DNA from: Limnothrix sp. BL-A-16
GTDB taxonomy: Bacteria > Cyanobacteriota > Cyanobacteriia > CACIAM-69d
DNA: 64,000 bases
Direction of reading: 5' to 3'
NCBI GenBank assembly: GCA_041937175.2
Contig: CP166615.1
Span: 1,984,001 to 2,048,000, forward strand
In this document: piece after piece, positions 52,090 through 63,004 of the stretch
How the letters are laid out: each line of letters opens with the position of its first letter
Numbering within the stretch: position 1 is the stretch's first letter
Made by a program: the position numbers and the translations under genes
Notes under the pieces: generated by a model
Told to the model about the DNA's origin: nothing
The model's database searches: none
What the model saw: the letters and a program-made list of their open reading frames with translations, nothing else

Positions 52090-55083
52090 GTGAAAGGCGG
52101 TGGCAACTGCCAACAGTATGATGATTCAAGGCACGGAGCCGAGGCGGATAGTGCCAATCAGGCTGCTCAATTTCAGGCGTTTCAAGCACTTCCATGGGCC
52201 AATTTGGTGTTCCCCAAGGCGATCTCAACATTCGGACTTCGAGCGCGATCGGTTCCTCTGCGGTGGCTGCTGGTGATGCCGGTGGCGATCCAGTTGGTGG
52301 GGGCCATTGGGCTAACCAGTTGGCTCGTCTGGCGACATGCCAATCATCTGCTCACCGCCAACAGCACTCGCTTAGGCCAGGAAACCAGCCTCCGAATTGG
52401 GCAATTTTTGCAGGGGAGTTTGCAAGCACCGGTCCAGGTGGTGCAACTGATGGCCCAGGATTCGGAAACGGGGCGGGTGGATTTTTCGGATCCGAGCGAT
52501 CGGGAACAGCGCCTGATTGAATATTTCCAAATCTTCAAGGGCACGGTGGACAACGTGGCCTATGGCGGCCAGGACGGAGAATTTGCCGCTGTGCAGTTCA
52601 CCGACGATCGCAGCGCTCGCCAATTGCAGGTAGCCGGGCAAGTTACGGGCGGCAAAATGCTGGGGTTTGATTTAGATCAAAATCGCAAGCTAACCTCCGT
52701 GGCCCAAGTGTTTGATCCGCGTCGCCGAAGCTGGTACAGCGACACCTTCAAAGCCCAACGTTTGGTTTGGAATGCGGTGTTTCAGCTCCATAGCAACCCG
52801 CAAATTTTGGCGCTGCCGGTGAGCCAGCCCGTGCGCGATCGCACTGGTCGAGTCATTGGGGTGGTCACGTCGCGGCTGTATTTGTCGGCGGTCAGTCGAT
52901 TTCTGAAGACCTTGCCGATCGGGCGATCGGGCTTGGCCTTTGTGATGGAAACCGATGGGCAGCTAATCGCCACCTCCACCGACACGCCGTTGGTTTGGCC
53001 CAACCAACCCCAACCCAGCCGCATCAAGGCCGATCAATCCCTGCATCCGGTGATTCGAGCCACGGCCCAACACCTGATGGACGATCACATCATCACGGCC
53101 CCAGTGAATCCCCCAGCCCCGCCAGTCGGAATTCACCCCCCCGCCGCTACCAATCCCCAATCCTTCACCCTGACCTTGGATCATCGCGCCTATTTAGGCC
53201 AGGCCACTCGGTTCCAAAACGCGATCGGTCTGCAATGGTGGGTGGTGATTGTGGTGCCGGAAAGTGATTTTTACGCCCCGATCGCCGCTCAGTTGCAAAC
53301 AACCGTGGTGGCTTGTTTGGTGATGTTGCTAGTGGTGGCGGCGGTGGGGGGATGGCTGACCCAATGGCTGACTCGGCCGCTTCAGCACCTGGTCTTGGCG
53401 GCGGAGGGTTTGGCTAAGGGTAACTGGCTCGATCGCGCGTCCCGATCGCCCATTGTCGAGATCGATCGCCTGGCCAGCACCTTCAACGCCATGACGGAGC
53501 AGCTCGCCCAATCTTTTCAAACCCTGGCCTACCAGGCCGCCCACGATCCACTCACGGACTTACCCAATCGCCACACCCTGCTGCAAACCATTGACCATCG
53601 CCTAGAGCAAATGGAGCAGCAAATGGCGCAAAACATGACCCACCCCATGGGCCCACCGGGGGAACCGCCATTGGCCACCAGCCCCAGCCATCAGCCCTGG
53701 CCAGAGTTAATTGATGTCGGGCCCGGTCACTATAGCGCCATCCTGCATTTGGACTTGGATGATTTCAAGCTGGTGAACGATTCCTTGGGCCATTGGGTGG
53801 GCGATCAGTTGCTGACCCTGTTGGCCCAACGGCTGCAAGCCCACTTACAACCCAATGAGGTGCTGGCTCGGTTTGGGGGCGATGAATTTACGCTGTTTTT
53901 GGAAGGATTGGCCAGCTATGACCAAGGGATCGATCGCGCCATTCAACTGCAAACCCTGATTGCCCAACCCTTTGACCTGGGGAGTTTGGAAATTTTTGTG
54001 CGCGTCAGCATCGGCATCACCTGGGTGAATCCCCAGTTGGATGCGGAAACCCTGCTGCGTCAGGCAGAAATTGCCCTTTATGCGGCTAAACAGCGGGGCA
54101 AGGGCACTTGTGTGGTTTTTCGGCGGGAAATGCATTCCCAGGTGCTCAGTCGGTTCCAGATGGCTTCGGATTTGCAGTGGGCGTTGCCTCGGCAGGAACT
54201 GATGCTGCACTATCAACCCGTGGTGGCGCTGGAGACCCAAGCGATCCAGGGATTTGAAGCCCTGATGCGCTGGCATCATCCCCAACGTGGGTCGATCGCC
54301 CCCACGGAGTTCATCCCGATCGCGGAAGAAACCGGCATCATTGTGGAGTTGGGGCTGTGGGCCCTACGGGAGGCTTGCCAGCAATTACAGCATTGGCGAT
54401 CGGTCTATCCCTGGTGTCAGGAGTTGCCCATGTCCGTTAACTGTTCCATTCGTCAACTGACGGGGGCGGACTTTGTGGGGCAAGTGGAGGCGATTTTGCA
54501 AGAAACGGGGCTGCCGCCACATCTCCTGGCCTTGGAGATTACGGAAAGCCTGTTGATGCACCTGTCGCCGGAGTTGCGGGCCACGCTCGATCGCCTGGCG
54601 ATTCTAGGGGTGCGCTGGGTGATTGATGACTTTGGCACGGGTTACTCTTCCCTTAGCTATTTGCACCAATTGCCGCTATCGGGGCTGAAAATTGACCAGT
54701 CGTTTATTCATAACCTCGATCGCCAAGAACGACCTCGGGCGATCGTGGCGGCAATTTTGAACCTGGCCGAGCAGTTAGAGTTAACCGTCACCGCCGAAGG
54801 AGCCGAAACCATCTCCAGCATCCGCGCCTTACAAGGGTTGGGCTGTCGGCAAGTGCAGGGGTTCTTTTTCTGTCCAGCCAGCACCCCCCGCACCTTGGAA
54901 GCTTGGATGACGAATTGGCAAAGTCGGGTACGATCGCCCCGGCCGCGATTGACCATTGTTCGATCGCCCCAGGAGCGATCGGCTCCGGCCACCAACCGCG
55001 CCCTGATTGACACCATCGATCGCACCCTAAACTACGCCGCCGAACGCCTTGATCCCCAGGAATTGGATCCTCAAAACCCCTGA
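52090..55083 (+). CDS. Cache-HAMP-GGDEF-EAL c-di-GMP enzyme
   Basis: HDPLTDLPNR, RFGGDEF, FEALMRW, DDFGTGYSSL. Confidence 0.92.
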   Translation: MKGGGNCQQYDDSRHGAEADSANQAAQFQAFQALPWANLVFPKAISTFGLRARSVPLRWLLVMPVAIQLVGAIGLTSWLVWRHANHLLTANSTRLGQETSLRIGQFLQGSLQAPVQVVQLMAQDSETGRVDFSDPSDREQRLIEYFQIFKGTVDNVAYGGQDGEFAAVQFTDDRSARQLQVAGQVTGGKMLGFDLDQNRKLTSVAQVFDPRRRSWYSDTFKAQRLVWNAVFQLHSNPQILALPVSQPVRDRTGRVIGVVTSRLYLSAVSRFLKTLPIGRSGLAFVMETDGQLIATSTDTPLVWPNQPQPSRIKADQSLHPVIRATAQHLMDDHIITAPVNPPAPPVGIHPPAATNPQSFTLTLDHRAYLGQATRFQNAIGLQWWVVIVVPESDFYAPIAAQLQTTVVACLVMLLVVAAVGGWLTQWLTRPLQHLVLAAEGLAKGNWLDRASRSPIVEIDRLASTFNAMTEQLAQSFQTLAYQAAHDPLTDLPNRHTLLQTIDHRLEQMEQQMAQNMTHPMGPPGEPPLATSPSHQPWPELIDVGPGHYSAILHLDLDDFKLVNDSLGHWVGDQLLTLLAQRLQAHLQPNEVLARFGGDEFTLFLEGLASYDQGIDRAIQLQTLIAQPFDLGSLEIFVRVSIGITWVNPQLDAETLLRQAEIALYAAKQRGKGTCVVFRREMHSQVLSRFQMASDLQWALPRQELMLHYQPVVALETQAIQGFEALMRWHHPQRGSIAPTEFIPIAEETGIIVELGLWALREACQQLQHWRSVYPWCQELPMSVNCSIRQLTGADFVGQVEAILQETGLPPHLLALEITESLLMHLSPELRATLDRLAILGVRWVIDDFGTGYSSLSYLHQLPLSGLKIDQSFIHNLDRQERPRAIVAAILNLAEQLELTVTAEGAETISSIRALQGLGCRQVQGFFFCPASTPRTLEAWMTNWQSRVRSPRPRLTIVRSPQERSAPATNRALIDTIDRTLNYAAERLDPQELDPQNP

Positions 55084-55106
55084 GCAGGGGCCAGAGCGAT
55101 TCATAC

Positions 55107-56024
55107 CTAGGCGACCGATCCTCCAGCATTCAGACCCACAATTCTGATCTGATCGGGACTGGCACCGCGCACTAGCCCCAGGGCCTGGCCCGTGCTGCTA
55201 TCCGTAATCAGCGTGGCCGCGATCGCCTCCACCCGAAAATCCGCCGTCCGAATCATCGATCCCGGCGGAAACGGCCCCTCCGGCGCATAGTCGCGCGAAT
55301 CGCCAATCACCAAGTAGCGCTGGCTGAGGCGCACATTGGCCGGCAACACACCATCCGCCAACTGGATTCGATCGCCCTCAGCCGCGTTGTAATCCAAGAT
55401 GATATCCACCACCAACTCATCCACATTGAAAATTGGGTCGGTGGTACGAGGTTGATCACTCCCGATCGCGCTATTGGCCGGAGCATCACCCGGCCGCAGG
55501 ATGAAGGTATCCGCGCCGCGACCTCCCCAGAGCCGATCGCGCCCCAAGTCTCCCGCGAGGGTATCGTTGCCGGCCTCACCGGTCAGAATATCGGCCCCCT
55601 GACCACCCAGCAGCAGATCATCCCCTTCGCCGCCATAGAGATAGTCGGCTTGCAAATTGCCAAATAGGGTATCGTTGCCGGCCCCGCCGCTGAGGTAATC
55701 CATCCCTCGCCCACCCATCAGGCGATCGGCCCCGCCGTTCCCTTCCAGGTAGTCGCCGCCCCCGTTGCCATAGATGATGTCTGCGGCCTCGCTGCCCTGC
55801 ACTAAATCATCGCCATTCAGGGCCCGCACGCCCCCTGGATAGGCCGTCAGCAGGGATGGAATCCGCACCCGATCGCCCTGTTGCCCATTGGCACTCAGAT
55901 CGAAAAAACGCGGTCGGGTTCCATCGTCGGGCGACAGCGGATCGCGAATCAGGCGGGTATCCGGTAGGCCATCGGCAGCAAACAGACTAAAGAAACTGCC
56001 GAATTCGTAATCGTTGTCGGCCAT
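55107..56024 (-). CDS. RTX-type calcium-binding protein
   Basis: Tandem GGxGxD nonapeptides. Confidence 0.85.
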   Translation of the reverse strand: MADNDYEFGSFFSLFAADGLPDTRLIRDPLSPDDGTRPRFFDLSANGQQGDRVRIPSLLTAYPGGVRALNGDDLVQGSEAADIIYGNGGGDYLEGNGGADRLMGGRGMDYLSGGAGNDTLFGNLQADYLYGGEGDDLLLGGQGADILTGEAGNDTLAGDLGRDRLWGGRGADTFILRPGDAPANSAIGSDQPRTTDPIFNVDELVVDIILDYNAAEGDRIQLADGVLPANVRLSQRYLVIGDSRDYAPEGPFPPGSMIRTADFRVEAIAATLITDSSTGQALGLVRGASPDQIRIVGLNAGGSVA

Positions 56025-56055
56025 GGTCAATGGGGACAAATTCAATGGGGACAAA

Positions 56056-56640
56056 TTAAAGGCGCAACAAATCCGCACCGCTGCCGGGTCGAGGCTGCAC
56101 CGGAGTGGGACGCGGGGTATTGGTGGGGCCGGGGGTAGCGGTGGGTAGCTCACCCCGATTGCCGTTGGGGTCAAACAAAATCACCAGGGTGTTCACCAAC
56201 CGATCGCGCTGGGCCCGGTTGAGTCGTCGAACGGCCGCCTGGTCTCCATCTAAGGGATTTTCCGTGAGGCGTTCATTGCCGGGATAGCTGGTTTCGGGAA
56301 TGTATTGGTGCAGGCCCAAATAGTCCGCGAGGGTCAGTTTCCAATCCAATCGAGAAAAGGGCGATCGCCCCACTTGATAAACGTGGTAGCGAATCATGCG
56401 GGCTAATAAACTGCTGCCACGATCGACCTCTCGGGACTCGCGGTTGATGTAGTGATCCTCCCGGGGAAGATCCGGCAGCACCTGATAAACCTGCCGCCAA
56501 ACATCATTGGTGGAAGGAGGCAATTGGGCGATCGCGGGGCCCCGAAGCATTAGGGCGATCGCCAAACCCAAGGCCACCCAAACGGCCCACCAGCCGGGCC
56601 AACGCCCCGATCGCCGCCCATTTCTGCTCAACAGATTCAT
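56056..56640 (-). CDS. Hypothetical exported protein
   Basis: Signal peptide; YHVYQVGRSPFSRLDWKLTLADYLG. Confidence 0.7.
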   Translation of the reverse strand: MNLLSRNGRRSGRWPGWWAVWVALGLAIALMLRGPAIAQLPPSTNDVWRQVYQVLPDLPREDHYINRESREVDRGSSLLARMIRYHVYQVGRSPFSRLDWKLTLADYLGLHQYIPETSYPGNERLTENPLDGDQAAVRRLNRAQRDRLVNTLVILFDPNGNRGELPTATPGPTNTPRPTPVQPRPGSGADLLRL

Positions 56641-56776
56641 ACACTGCCGTGCTCGCTCTATGATTCCGATCCTGATCGATCCGGGCGGTCGCAATGACCA
56701 CGCTCCGGACGGGCGGGCTGAATCCTAATTAACGCTCAAAAACAACGTTCAAAAACGCCATTAGGAAACTCAGAAA

Positions 56777-57007
56777 CTAAGAAACAATGATGTCCGGCTG
56801 GGTCAGCTCATCGGACATTTCAATGATGGCGCGAATGACCGGCTTCATGGAAGATTCTTCGCCCGTGTCAAATTCTTCGTAGCGGCGACGCTTCGCCCGG
56901 TTGGCCACCTGCACCGTGATTTTGTAGCGATTGGACGATTCGGAAATCAGCGAGGCAGCACGATACATCAAATCCGACGTGTCAAAGGGCTTGTCGAGTT
57001 TAGACAT
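56777..57007 (-). CDS. rpoZ: RNA polymerase omega subunit (Ycf61 type)
   Basis: [31 protein letters not shown]. Confidence 0.93.
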   Translation of the reverse strand: MSKLDKPFDTSDLMYRAASLISESSNRYKITVQVANRAKRRRYEEFDTGEESSMKPVIRAIIEMSDELTQPDIIVS

Positions 57008-57246
57008 GGTTGGCTAGTAATGGGGCAAATTCAACGAGACGAGGTGGCTGTGGGCTGCGGAAGGAGCAGGGCCGTTGGCAACGGGCCCAACAGGAGCCGC
57101 TCAACCGTGGTTGCAGGCAATCGCTACAAAATCACGGAGCGGACGATCGCCTGTACCCAGCCTGTTTAGATTATCAGTTCTCGGGAGGGCGATCGGGGAT
57201 GGGGCCAGGTGGGCCAGTGAGCCGGCCCAACTCCGGCTCACTGGCC

Positions 57247-57903
57247 CTATGGCTCCACCCGCACGGGCATCCCCTCCGTGACCCGATCGAATAAATCCAC
57301 AATGTCTTCGTTGCGCATCCGCACACAACCGTGGGAAACCGCTTGACCAATCAGCTCGGGGTTAGGTGTGCCGTGGAAGCCGATCGAGTTGTCACCATTA
57401 GTCCAAAAGCCAATCCAACGAACCCCCAAGGGATTATCTTTCCCCGCCGGGACGATCGTGCCGTTGAAGGGATGCTGCCAAACGGGATCCATTGTTTTTT
57501 GAATGACCTGAAAATGACCCGTGGGCGTTTCCCAACCATCCCGCCCGATCGCCACGGGATAGCTGCGTACCATTACCGTACCGCGATAGAGATAAACTCG
57601 CCGCTCCCCCAGCCGTAACACCAGAGAACTGGAAACGACTGGGACATGGGCTTGGTATTGGCCCAAGCCGGGCAAGGGCGGTTGGGCCGTTTGCACGATC
57701 GGGGGCCACAGGCCTGGCTGCTTCAAGGGCGACTCATTGGCGGGTGGGTTAACGGCCTGGACGGGGCGAGGTTGCGGATTGGGAAGGGGTTGGGGCCCCT
57801 CTGCCCAGGCGGGGCCCCCGGACAGTAAGCCCAGACCCAGGATCGCCAGAAGGGTCAAGGGGCGAGAGGATCCCCAAAGTTGCGGCGGTTGCTGGAACTG
57901 CAT
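57247..57903 (-). CDS. L,D-transpeptidase (YkuD)
   Basis: YPVAIG, IGFHGT, SHGCVRM. Confidence 0.92.
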   Translation of the reverse strand: MQFQQPPQLWGSSRPLTLLAILGLGLLSGGPAWAEGPQPLPNPQPRPVQAVNPPANESPLKQPGLWPPIVQTAQPPLPGLGQYQAHVPVVSSSLVLRLGERRVYLYRGTVMVRSYPVAIGRDGWETPTGHFQVIQKTMDPVWQHPFNGTIVPAGKDNPLGVRWIGFWTNGDNSIGFHGTPNPELIGQAVSHGCVRMRNEDIVDLFDRVTEGMPVRVEP

Positions 57904-57933
57904 AGGTTGGGTGTGGGTTCAAGGCAGACGGGC

Positions 57934-58665
57934 CTATGGCTCAACCACAACGGTGGTTCCCATTTGCACTTTTTCAAATAGTTCTACAACATGCTCGTTG
58001 CGCATCCGCACACAGCCATTGGAGGCGGCCCGCCCGATCGAGTTAACCGTGGGCGTGCCATGAAACCCAATGATGCCGTTGGATCGTTCCATAAACCCAA
58101 TCCAGCGTAACCCCAAGGCACTGTTAGGGCCAGGGTTAGTGACCTGGCCTGTCCAGGGATTGCGCCAAATGGGATTTTTCACCATTTGGAACACGCGATA
58201 GGTGCCGGTGGGGGTGGGGGTGGAGGGCTTCCCGATCGCCACTGGATAACTGATCTCTACCCGATCGCCCCGATAGACATAAACCCGCCGTTCCCGCAGT
58301 CGCAGCACCAGTTTCACGGGCAGTTCCGCTGGCGCTGCTGTGGGGGTAGGGGATGGATTGGGGGTTTGGGCTGGGGGTTGAGCCGGAGTTGAGCCGGGAG
58401 CTGTGTTCGGGTTGGCCGAGTCGGTGGGAATGTTAGCGGGAACCACCGTTGGAGCGGGTGAGGCGGCTTCCGGGGCCCGCCCGATCGAGCTATTTAGCCC
58501 ATTGCCCTCGGCAGCGGCGGTTGGCGAAACGGGATTGGCCGCAACCGGCAGCGCCCCGGCACTTGCCCAGGCGGCGGCTATCGCCAGGCCCAAGGCCAAT
58601 CCTCGATGGGTGCGCCGTTGCACCAATTGCCAAGCCCAAGGCAGAGTAGATCGAGTGTGCATCAT
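57934..58665 (-). CDS. L,D-transpeptidase (YkuD)
   Basis: YPVAIG, IGFHGT, SNGCVRM. Confidence 0.92.
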   Translation of the reverse strand: MMHTRSTLPWAWQLVQRRTHRGLALGLAIAAAWASAGALPVAANPVSPTAAAEGNGLNSSIGRAPEAASPAPTVVPANIPTDSANPNTAPGSTPAQPPAQTPNPSPTPTAAPAELPVKLVLRLRERRVYVYRGDRVEISYPVAIGKPSTPTPTGTYRVFQMVKNPIWRNPWTGQVTNPGPNSALGLRWIGFMERSNGIIGFHGTPTVNSIGRAASNGCVRMRNEHVVELFEKVQMGTTVVVEP

Positions 58666-58830
58666 GAATTCCTAACACCAAATTTGACCCAATCCGGACG
58701 GGGGTAGGCAGGCGATCGGTGGTTGAACCGAGGCTTGCAAAATCGCTCGCCATTTTAGCGCGGCCTCGGGAGCGGTCTGATCCCGATCGAATCTTGTTGC
58801 TCCTGCGGCCGCGAATTCCGAGGCGATCTG

Positions 58831-58914
58831 AGGGCATGTCTCAAAAGTCAAAACTGCTACCTTGCCGATCTCATCGACCATCGACCGACACAAACAAGGG
58901 GCTGAAGCCCCTTG
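58831..58914. repeat. Decayed family-A end plus REP-like hairpin
   Basis: AGGGCATGTCTCAAAAGTCAAAA...ACAAGGGGCTGAAGCCCCTTG. Confidence 0.55.
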
Positions 58915-58980
58915 CCCCCGAGATGACACATCTTCAATCAGGCAATTTGGGGCGATCGCTGAATTCTCCCCCCATGGTCA

Positions 58981-60093
58981 TTAACCAAACAACTTGAGCC
59001 ACATCGGGATGGCCAGCAAAACCAGCACGGTGGTGAGAGCAATGCTGGTGGCAATCATGGAGCGATCGAGGTCGTATTCTTCCGCCAAAATCAGGCAAGC
59101 AAAGGCCGTGGGCATTCCGGACATTAACACCAGCCCCAGGCGTAATTGCGGATCAATCCCAATCATGATTGCCCCCAATCCCAACAGGGCCGGCACGGCG
59201 ATGGTTTTCAGCAGGGCCGGCACGGCCGCCACGCGCAAACAGTCCCAGCCTTTCAGTTGGCTGAGCCGAATCCCCATCAACACAAACGCCGTGGGAATCA
59301 CCAGCCCCACTGAGCCATGGGACAGGGTTTCGATCCATGGGGGCAGGGCGATCGGTTGGCTGGCCACCCCGAACCCAAATCCCCAGAGGGAGGGCACGGC
59401 GGCCATGGTTTTGATTTGACCCCAAAAGCTGCGATCGCCCCCGGTGGTGCCAAAGGTGCTGGCCACCCACACCCCGAGGCCATAGGTTCCCATCACGTTT
59501 TGGGACACCGCGTAAAACGCTGGAAATCCCGCCGAGCTGGCATCCAAAAACAAAGGGGCGATCGCCAGCCCCACAAAACCGGTATTACCCAGCATGGCGG
59601 ACAGGATATAGCTCCCTCGGGCGGCGGGTTCTGTCCACCAAGGAACTGTTTCCGGAGCCTTGGCCACATCGATCGCCAGGTCTGGATCGAGATCTGTCCC
59701 CCGATCCGTCACCATCGGGATCAGACTGGGCGAGGTACTGAGGGCGATCGCCGTTGCGAATTTTCCGGAGCCGTACAGCCCCCAAAGGCCACCAATTGGG
59801 CGATCGGTCGGCATTTCAACTCGCAGATCGCTCCTCATCAGGTAATGCAACGAAGCCAAACTCAGCAAGGCTCCCAACACCACCGCGAGAGCCGCACCGG
59901 CCGGAGCCAGGCCCATTTGACCAGAGAAGTTGGTGTGACGAGCGAGGGAAAAGACTTCGAGGGGCACACCGACCCAATAGAGCGATCGCCCGACCAGTCG
60001 CGGCCAAGAACGGGGTAACCAGGGCCCCAACAAAAGTCCCAACCCTGTCCAAATCAACAGTGGTGTGTAGGCATGTAGAAGTACTTCGGCCAT
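58981..60093 (-). CDS. AEC (auxin efflux carrier) family transporter
   Basis: LGNTGFVGL, GMPTAF, AEEYDLD, multiple TM segments. Confidence 0.88.
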   Translation of the reverse strand: MAEVLLHAYTPLLIWTGLGLLLGPWLPRSWPRLVGRSLYWVGVPLEVFSLARHTNFSGQMGLAPAGAALAVVLGALLSLASLHYLMRSDLRVEMPTDRPIGGLWGLYGSGKFATAIALSTSPSLIPMVTDRGTDLDPDLAIDVAKAPETVPWWTEPAARGSYILSAMLGNTGFVGLAIAPLFLDASSAGFPAFYAVSQNVMGTYGLGVWVASTFGTTGGDRSFWGQIKTMAAVPSLWGFGFGVASQPIALPPWIETLSHGSVGLVIPTAFVLMGIRLSQLKGWDCLRVAAVPALLKTIAVPALLGLGAIMIGIDPQLRLGLVLMSGMPTAFACLILAEEYDLDRSMIATSIALTTVLVLLAIPMWLKLFG

Positions 60094-60208
60094 ACGGGAC
60101 TGTGCAATCGCCGTGAGCCAGTCTGGCCCAGGGGAAGCGGTTTAGGTTTATGGCCCAAGGCCGATCGACCCGCTCAGCAAGCTGGCATTTAACCATGGGT
60201 TAACCCAA

Positions 60209-62581
60209 TTATCGAAGCACTTTAACATCACGTAGATACCAGCGACCGTCCTTGCGCTGGGCTTCGTAGCGCACTCGCAGCACTTCATTGTAGGAACCGG
60301 CCCGATCGGGCTTGCCATTTTTGAACAGTTTGGCCACTTCCCGCACCTCAGCGGTAATTTGACCGCGATCGGGCTGGTCTGGCGTGGCTTTCACATCCTC
60401 CAGCTTCACCTGATGTTCGTATTCCCAGTGCAGTTTTTGGTTGAGGGCATCGCGCGATCGGGCCCGCCAAGCTCGCAACATTGGATCTGCCAAAATTTCC
60501 GTGAGGCGTTCTCCCTGGTGCTCGCGACCCATGGCGGCGGCCTTGGCGCTCAGCCAGGTCTGCACCAGTTGCTGGGCGGTTTCCGGGTTGAGGCCAGGGG
60601 CCGTGAGGGCGGTTTCCGAGTTGGGAACTGCCGGGGGCGGTGGAATTTCAATCACGGGCCGATCGAGTTGGACGATCGGTTGTTCGCCCTCCAGGTTGGG
60701 CCCCCCTTGGAAGGTTTCGCCCAGGGCTTGGAACACGCGCCAAATGAGGAACGAGCCAAGACCAATCACCATAATTCCAACCCCGATCGCGATCGGGAGT
60801 CGATCGCCGCCGCCACCCCGGTTGCGGGTGGGGCGATCGGAGCGCTGACGGCCACGACTGGGGCGATCGGCCCCACCAGGGGGTAACGGAGGCGCGGCTC
60901 CCATGGTCGATCGCCCGCCACTGCCCATGTTGCTGGCTCCTGGGTTGGCTCCCGTGGCCCGGCTGAGGGGAATCACGTTGTTGGGCGGCGGCGCGGAACC
61001 CGAAGCAGCAAAGTCCGAAAAGGCCCGGGCAACCGTGCCGGAGTCCTGGGCCGTTGGATCATGTTGGGTCGCTTGGGTTCCCAACTGTTCCGGCAAGGGC
61101 AGGGGGCGAATGGTGCTGGCAGTGGGTTCGATCGGGTTGGCAGCCGAGGGTACGGGGGTGGGCCGTTGCCAGGGAAACTGGGGCATGTCGATCGACCGGC
61201 GATCGCCCAATTCAGCCAGGGCCGCCAAGGTGCGGTTTGATCCTCGGTTCGCCGCCATCGGTGTGGCAGCTTGCACGGAAGCGCGATCGGGAACCACCGT
61301 CCATTCATTCTCCGGCGGCTCCCCTTCCGGCAAGGCTTCTAGATAGCTTTGCACCGAAGCATCCGCAAAATATTCCTTGAGGGAAACACCCCCTTGCACC
61401 AGATCCCGGAAATGGGGAAACACCTCATGGCGTAACCAATGTTCCGTGTAGGCACAGAGGCCCGGCAACAGATCCGGCGCACCGGCCGACTGTTGACGAA
61501 TCAGGGCGATCGCCTCCTGTTCCTGGCTCTGGCTCAGATAGCGCGTGGCTTCTTCGGGCCGTCCCAACAGCAAGGCACAGACCGCCTGCTCCAAAAACAC
61601 ATCCTGACGATTGCCCAATCGACGCAACAGCAAGCTCGCTTGCCTCACAAAGGCCGGCTGCCGTTGCCCAAATCCCCGGGCGATCGCCGCGTAGGCCGTT
61701 AGGAAGGTGGCCACCGCCGAAGGGCGCTTGGCCTCCGCTTCAAACAGGGCGAGCTGTTCTTCCGTGGTCAAATACACCCGCAGTTGCTGCACAAAACGCA
61801 GAAAATCCTCAACGCCCAAGCCCGATCGATCATCCCCTTGGCCGTCAATGCCTTCGCGCTCCTTCAACATGCTGCGCAACAACTGCAAACCCTGGCGATG
61901 TTGCACGCTGTTCTCGTCCGGATGGGCCAACAGCTCCAAAATGCGATAGGGCCGCAATTTGTACAAATCCGCCTGAATTTCGCCCCGCAAACTGGCAAAC
62001 AACCCATGGTGCAACAGCAACTCTTGGGCAATCTTGAGGGAGGTGGCGGCCGGTTCCGCCTGACCTTGGTGCCACTGTTCGCGGCCCAACTCTAGGTAGG
62101 CCAGCACCACGGTCAACAGAATATCTGCCAGGGCCAGTTGCGGTTCCCCAAAGCGGCCCGCCTCGATCGTGCCCGGATTGCTCAGGTGTGGATAGCCCAG
62201 TTCCAGCACCAGTTCATATTCCCCCAGTTCCTGGAGCAACAGCAGCGCCCCCACAAACTGGCGCTCATCGAGATCCAGCATGGGGGTTTCGGCGCGATCG
62301 GCCGACGGCTTCGCCCGGCGACGACCTTGAGCATCCAGCAACGGCGGAGCCGAACCACCGCCACCGGCCAAAAAGGTTTCATCGTAGGCTTGCCGGCTGG
62401 CGGACTGACTCAGTTGGCGATAGGCCTCATCGATCAACTGCTGCCGAAGGGTGATGGCGGCCTGGGAATATTCCGGGCGCGGCAGTTGGTCACTCCGCTG
62501 GCGATAGGCCTGTTGCAGTTGCGGGGTGGTGGCCTGGATCGGCAAGCCCAAGATTCGGTAATAGTCTAGGGGGATCAGCAC
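60209..62581 (-). CDS. ftn2: Cell division protein Ftn2/ZipN (ARC6 homologue)
   Basis: IPLDYYRILG J-like domain, DLLPGLC, TM segment, C-terminal IMS (DUF4101) domain. Confidence 0.9.
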   Translation of the reverse strand: MLIPLDYYRILGLPIQATTPQLQQAYRQRSDQLPRPEYSQAAITLRQQLIDEAYRQLSQSASRQAYDETFLAGGGGSAPPLLDAQGRRRAKPSADRAETPMLDLDERQFVGALLLLQELGEYELVLELGYPHLSNPGTIEAGRFGEPQLALADILLTVVLAYLELGREQWHQGQAEPAATSLKIAQELLLHHGLFASLRGEIQADLYKLRPYRILELLAHPDENSVQHRQGLQLLRSMLKEREGIDGQGDDRSGLGVEDFLRFVQQLRVYLTTEEQLALFEAEAKRPSAVATFLTAYAAIARGFGQRQPAFVRQASLLLRRLGNRQDVFLEQAVCALLLGRPEEATRYLSQSQEQEAIALIRQQSAGAPDLLPGLCAYTEHWLRHEVFPHFRDLVQGGVSLKEYFADASVQSYLEALPEGEPPENEWTVVPDRASVQAATPMAANRGSNRTLAALAELGDRRSIDMPQFPWQRPTPVPSAANPIEPTASTIRPLPLPEQLGTQATQHDPTAQDSGTVARAFSDFAASGSAPPPNNVIPLSRATGANPGASNMGSGGRSTMGAAPPLPPGGADRPSRGRQRSDRPTRNRGGGGDRLPIAIGVGIMVIGLGSFLIWRVFQALGETFQGGPNLEGEQPIVQLDRPVIEIPPPPAVPNSETALTAPGLNPETAQQLVQTWLSAKAAAMGREHQGERLTEILADPMLRAWRARSRDALNQKLHWEYEHQVKLEDVKATPDQPDRGQITAEVREVAKLFKNGKPDRAGSYNEVLRVRYEAQRKDGRWYLRDVKVLR

Positions 62582-63004
62582 AACTGCCACCCTCGCGGTC
62601 TAACAACAACAATCAATCGATACCACATTATTTTGCGAACTGACGGCTTTTCGGGGTCTGGATGGAACGGACAAGGGGGGGTTGAGCGGTTCTGGTTTGA
62701 CGGTTTCAGCACAATCGCCTTCAATGCCGACCCAATCTCGAACGGGCCTCGCAAGATCATCCCGATCGTTCCAATGGATTCAGAACAACTAGGCGTTATT
62801 TGGGCTATTCAAGTGGCCGGTCAATCAGCGATCGATCAGACGATTCAGGCAAGCCATCGATCATCAATCAGGCGATCGACCTTGGACCACAAAACCCCGC
62901 ATTCCGCTTTTCAATAGTCTAGACAGCGTAGCCGTTGATGCCCGTTTCGGGGATATTCTGTTAATTCAAGGCTCTCGGATTCGCTATGGGCAAATGGCAC
63001 TCGT

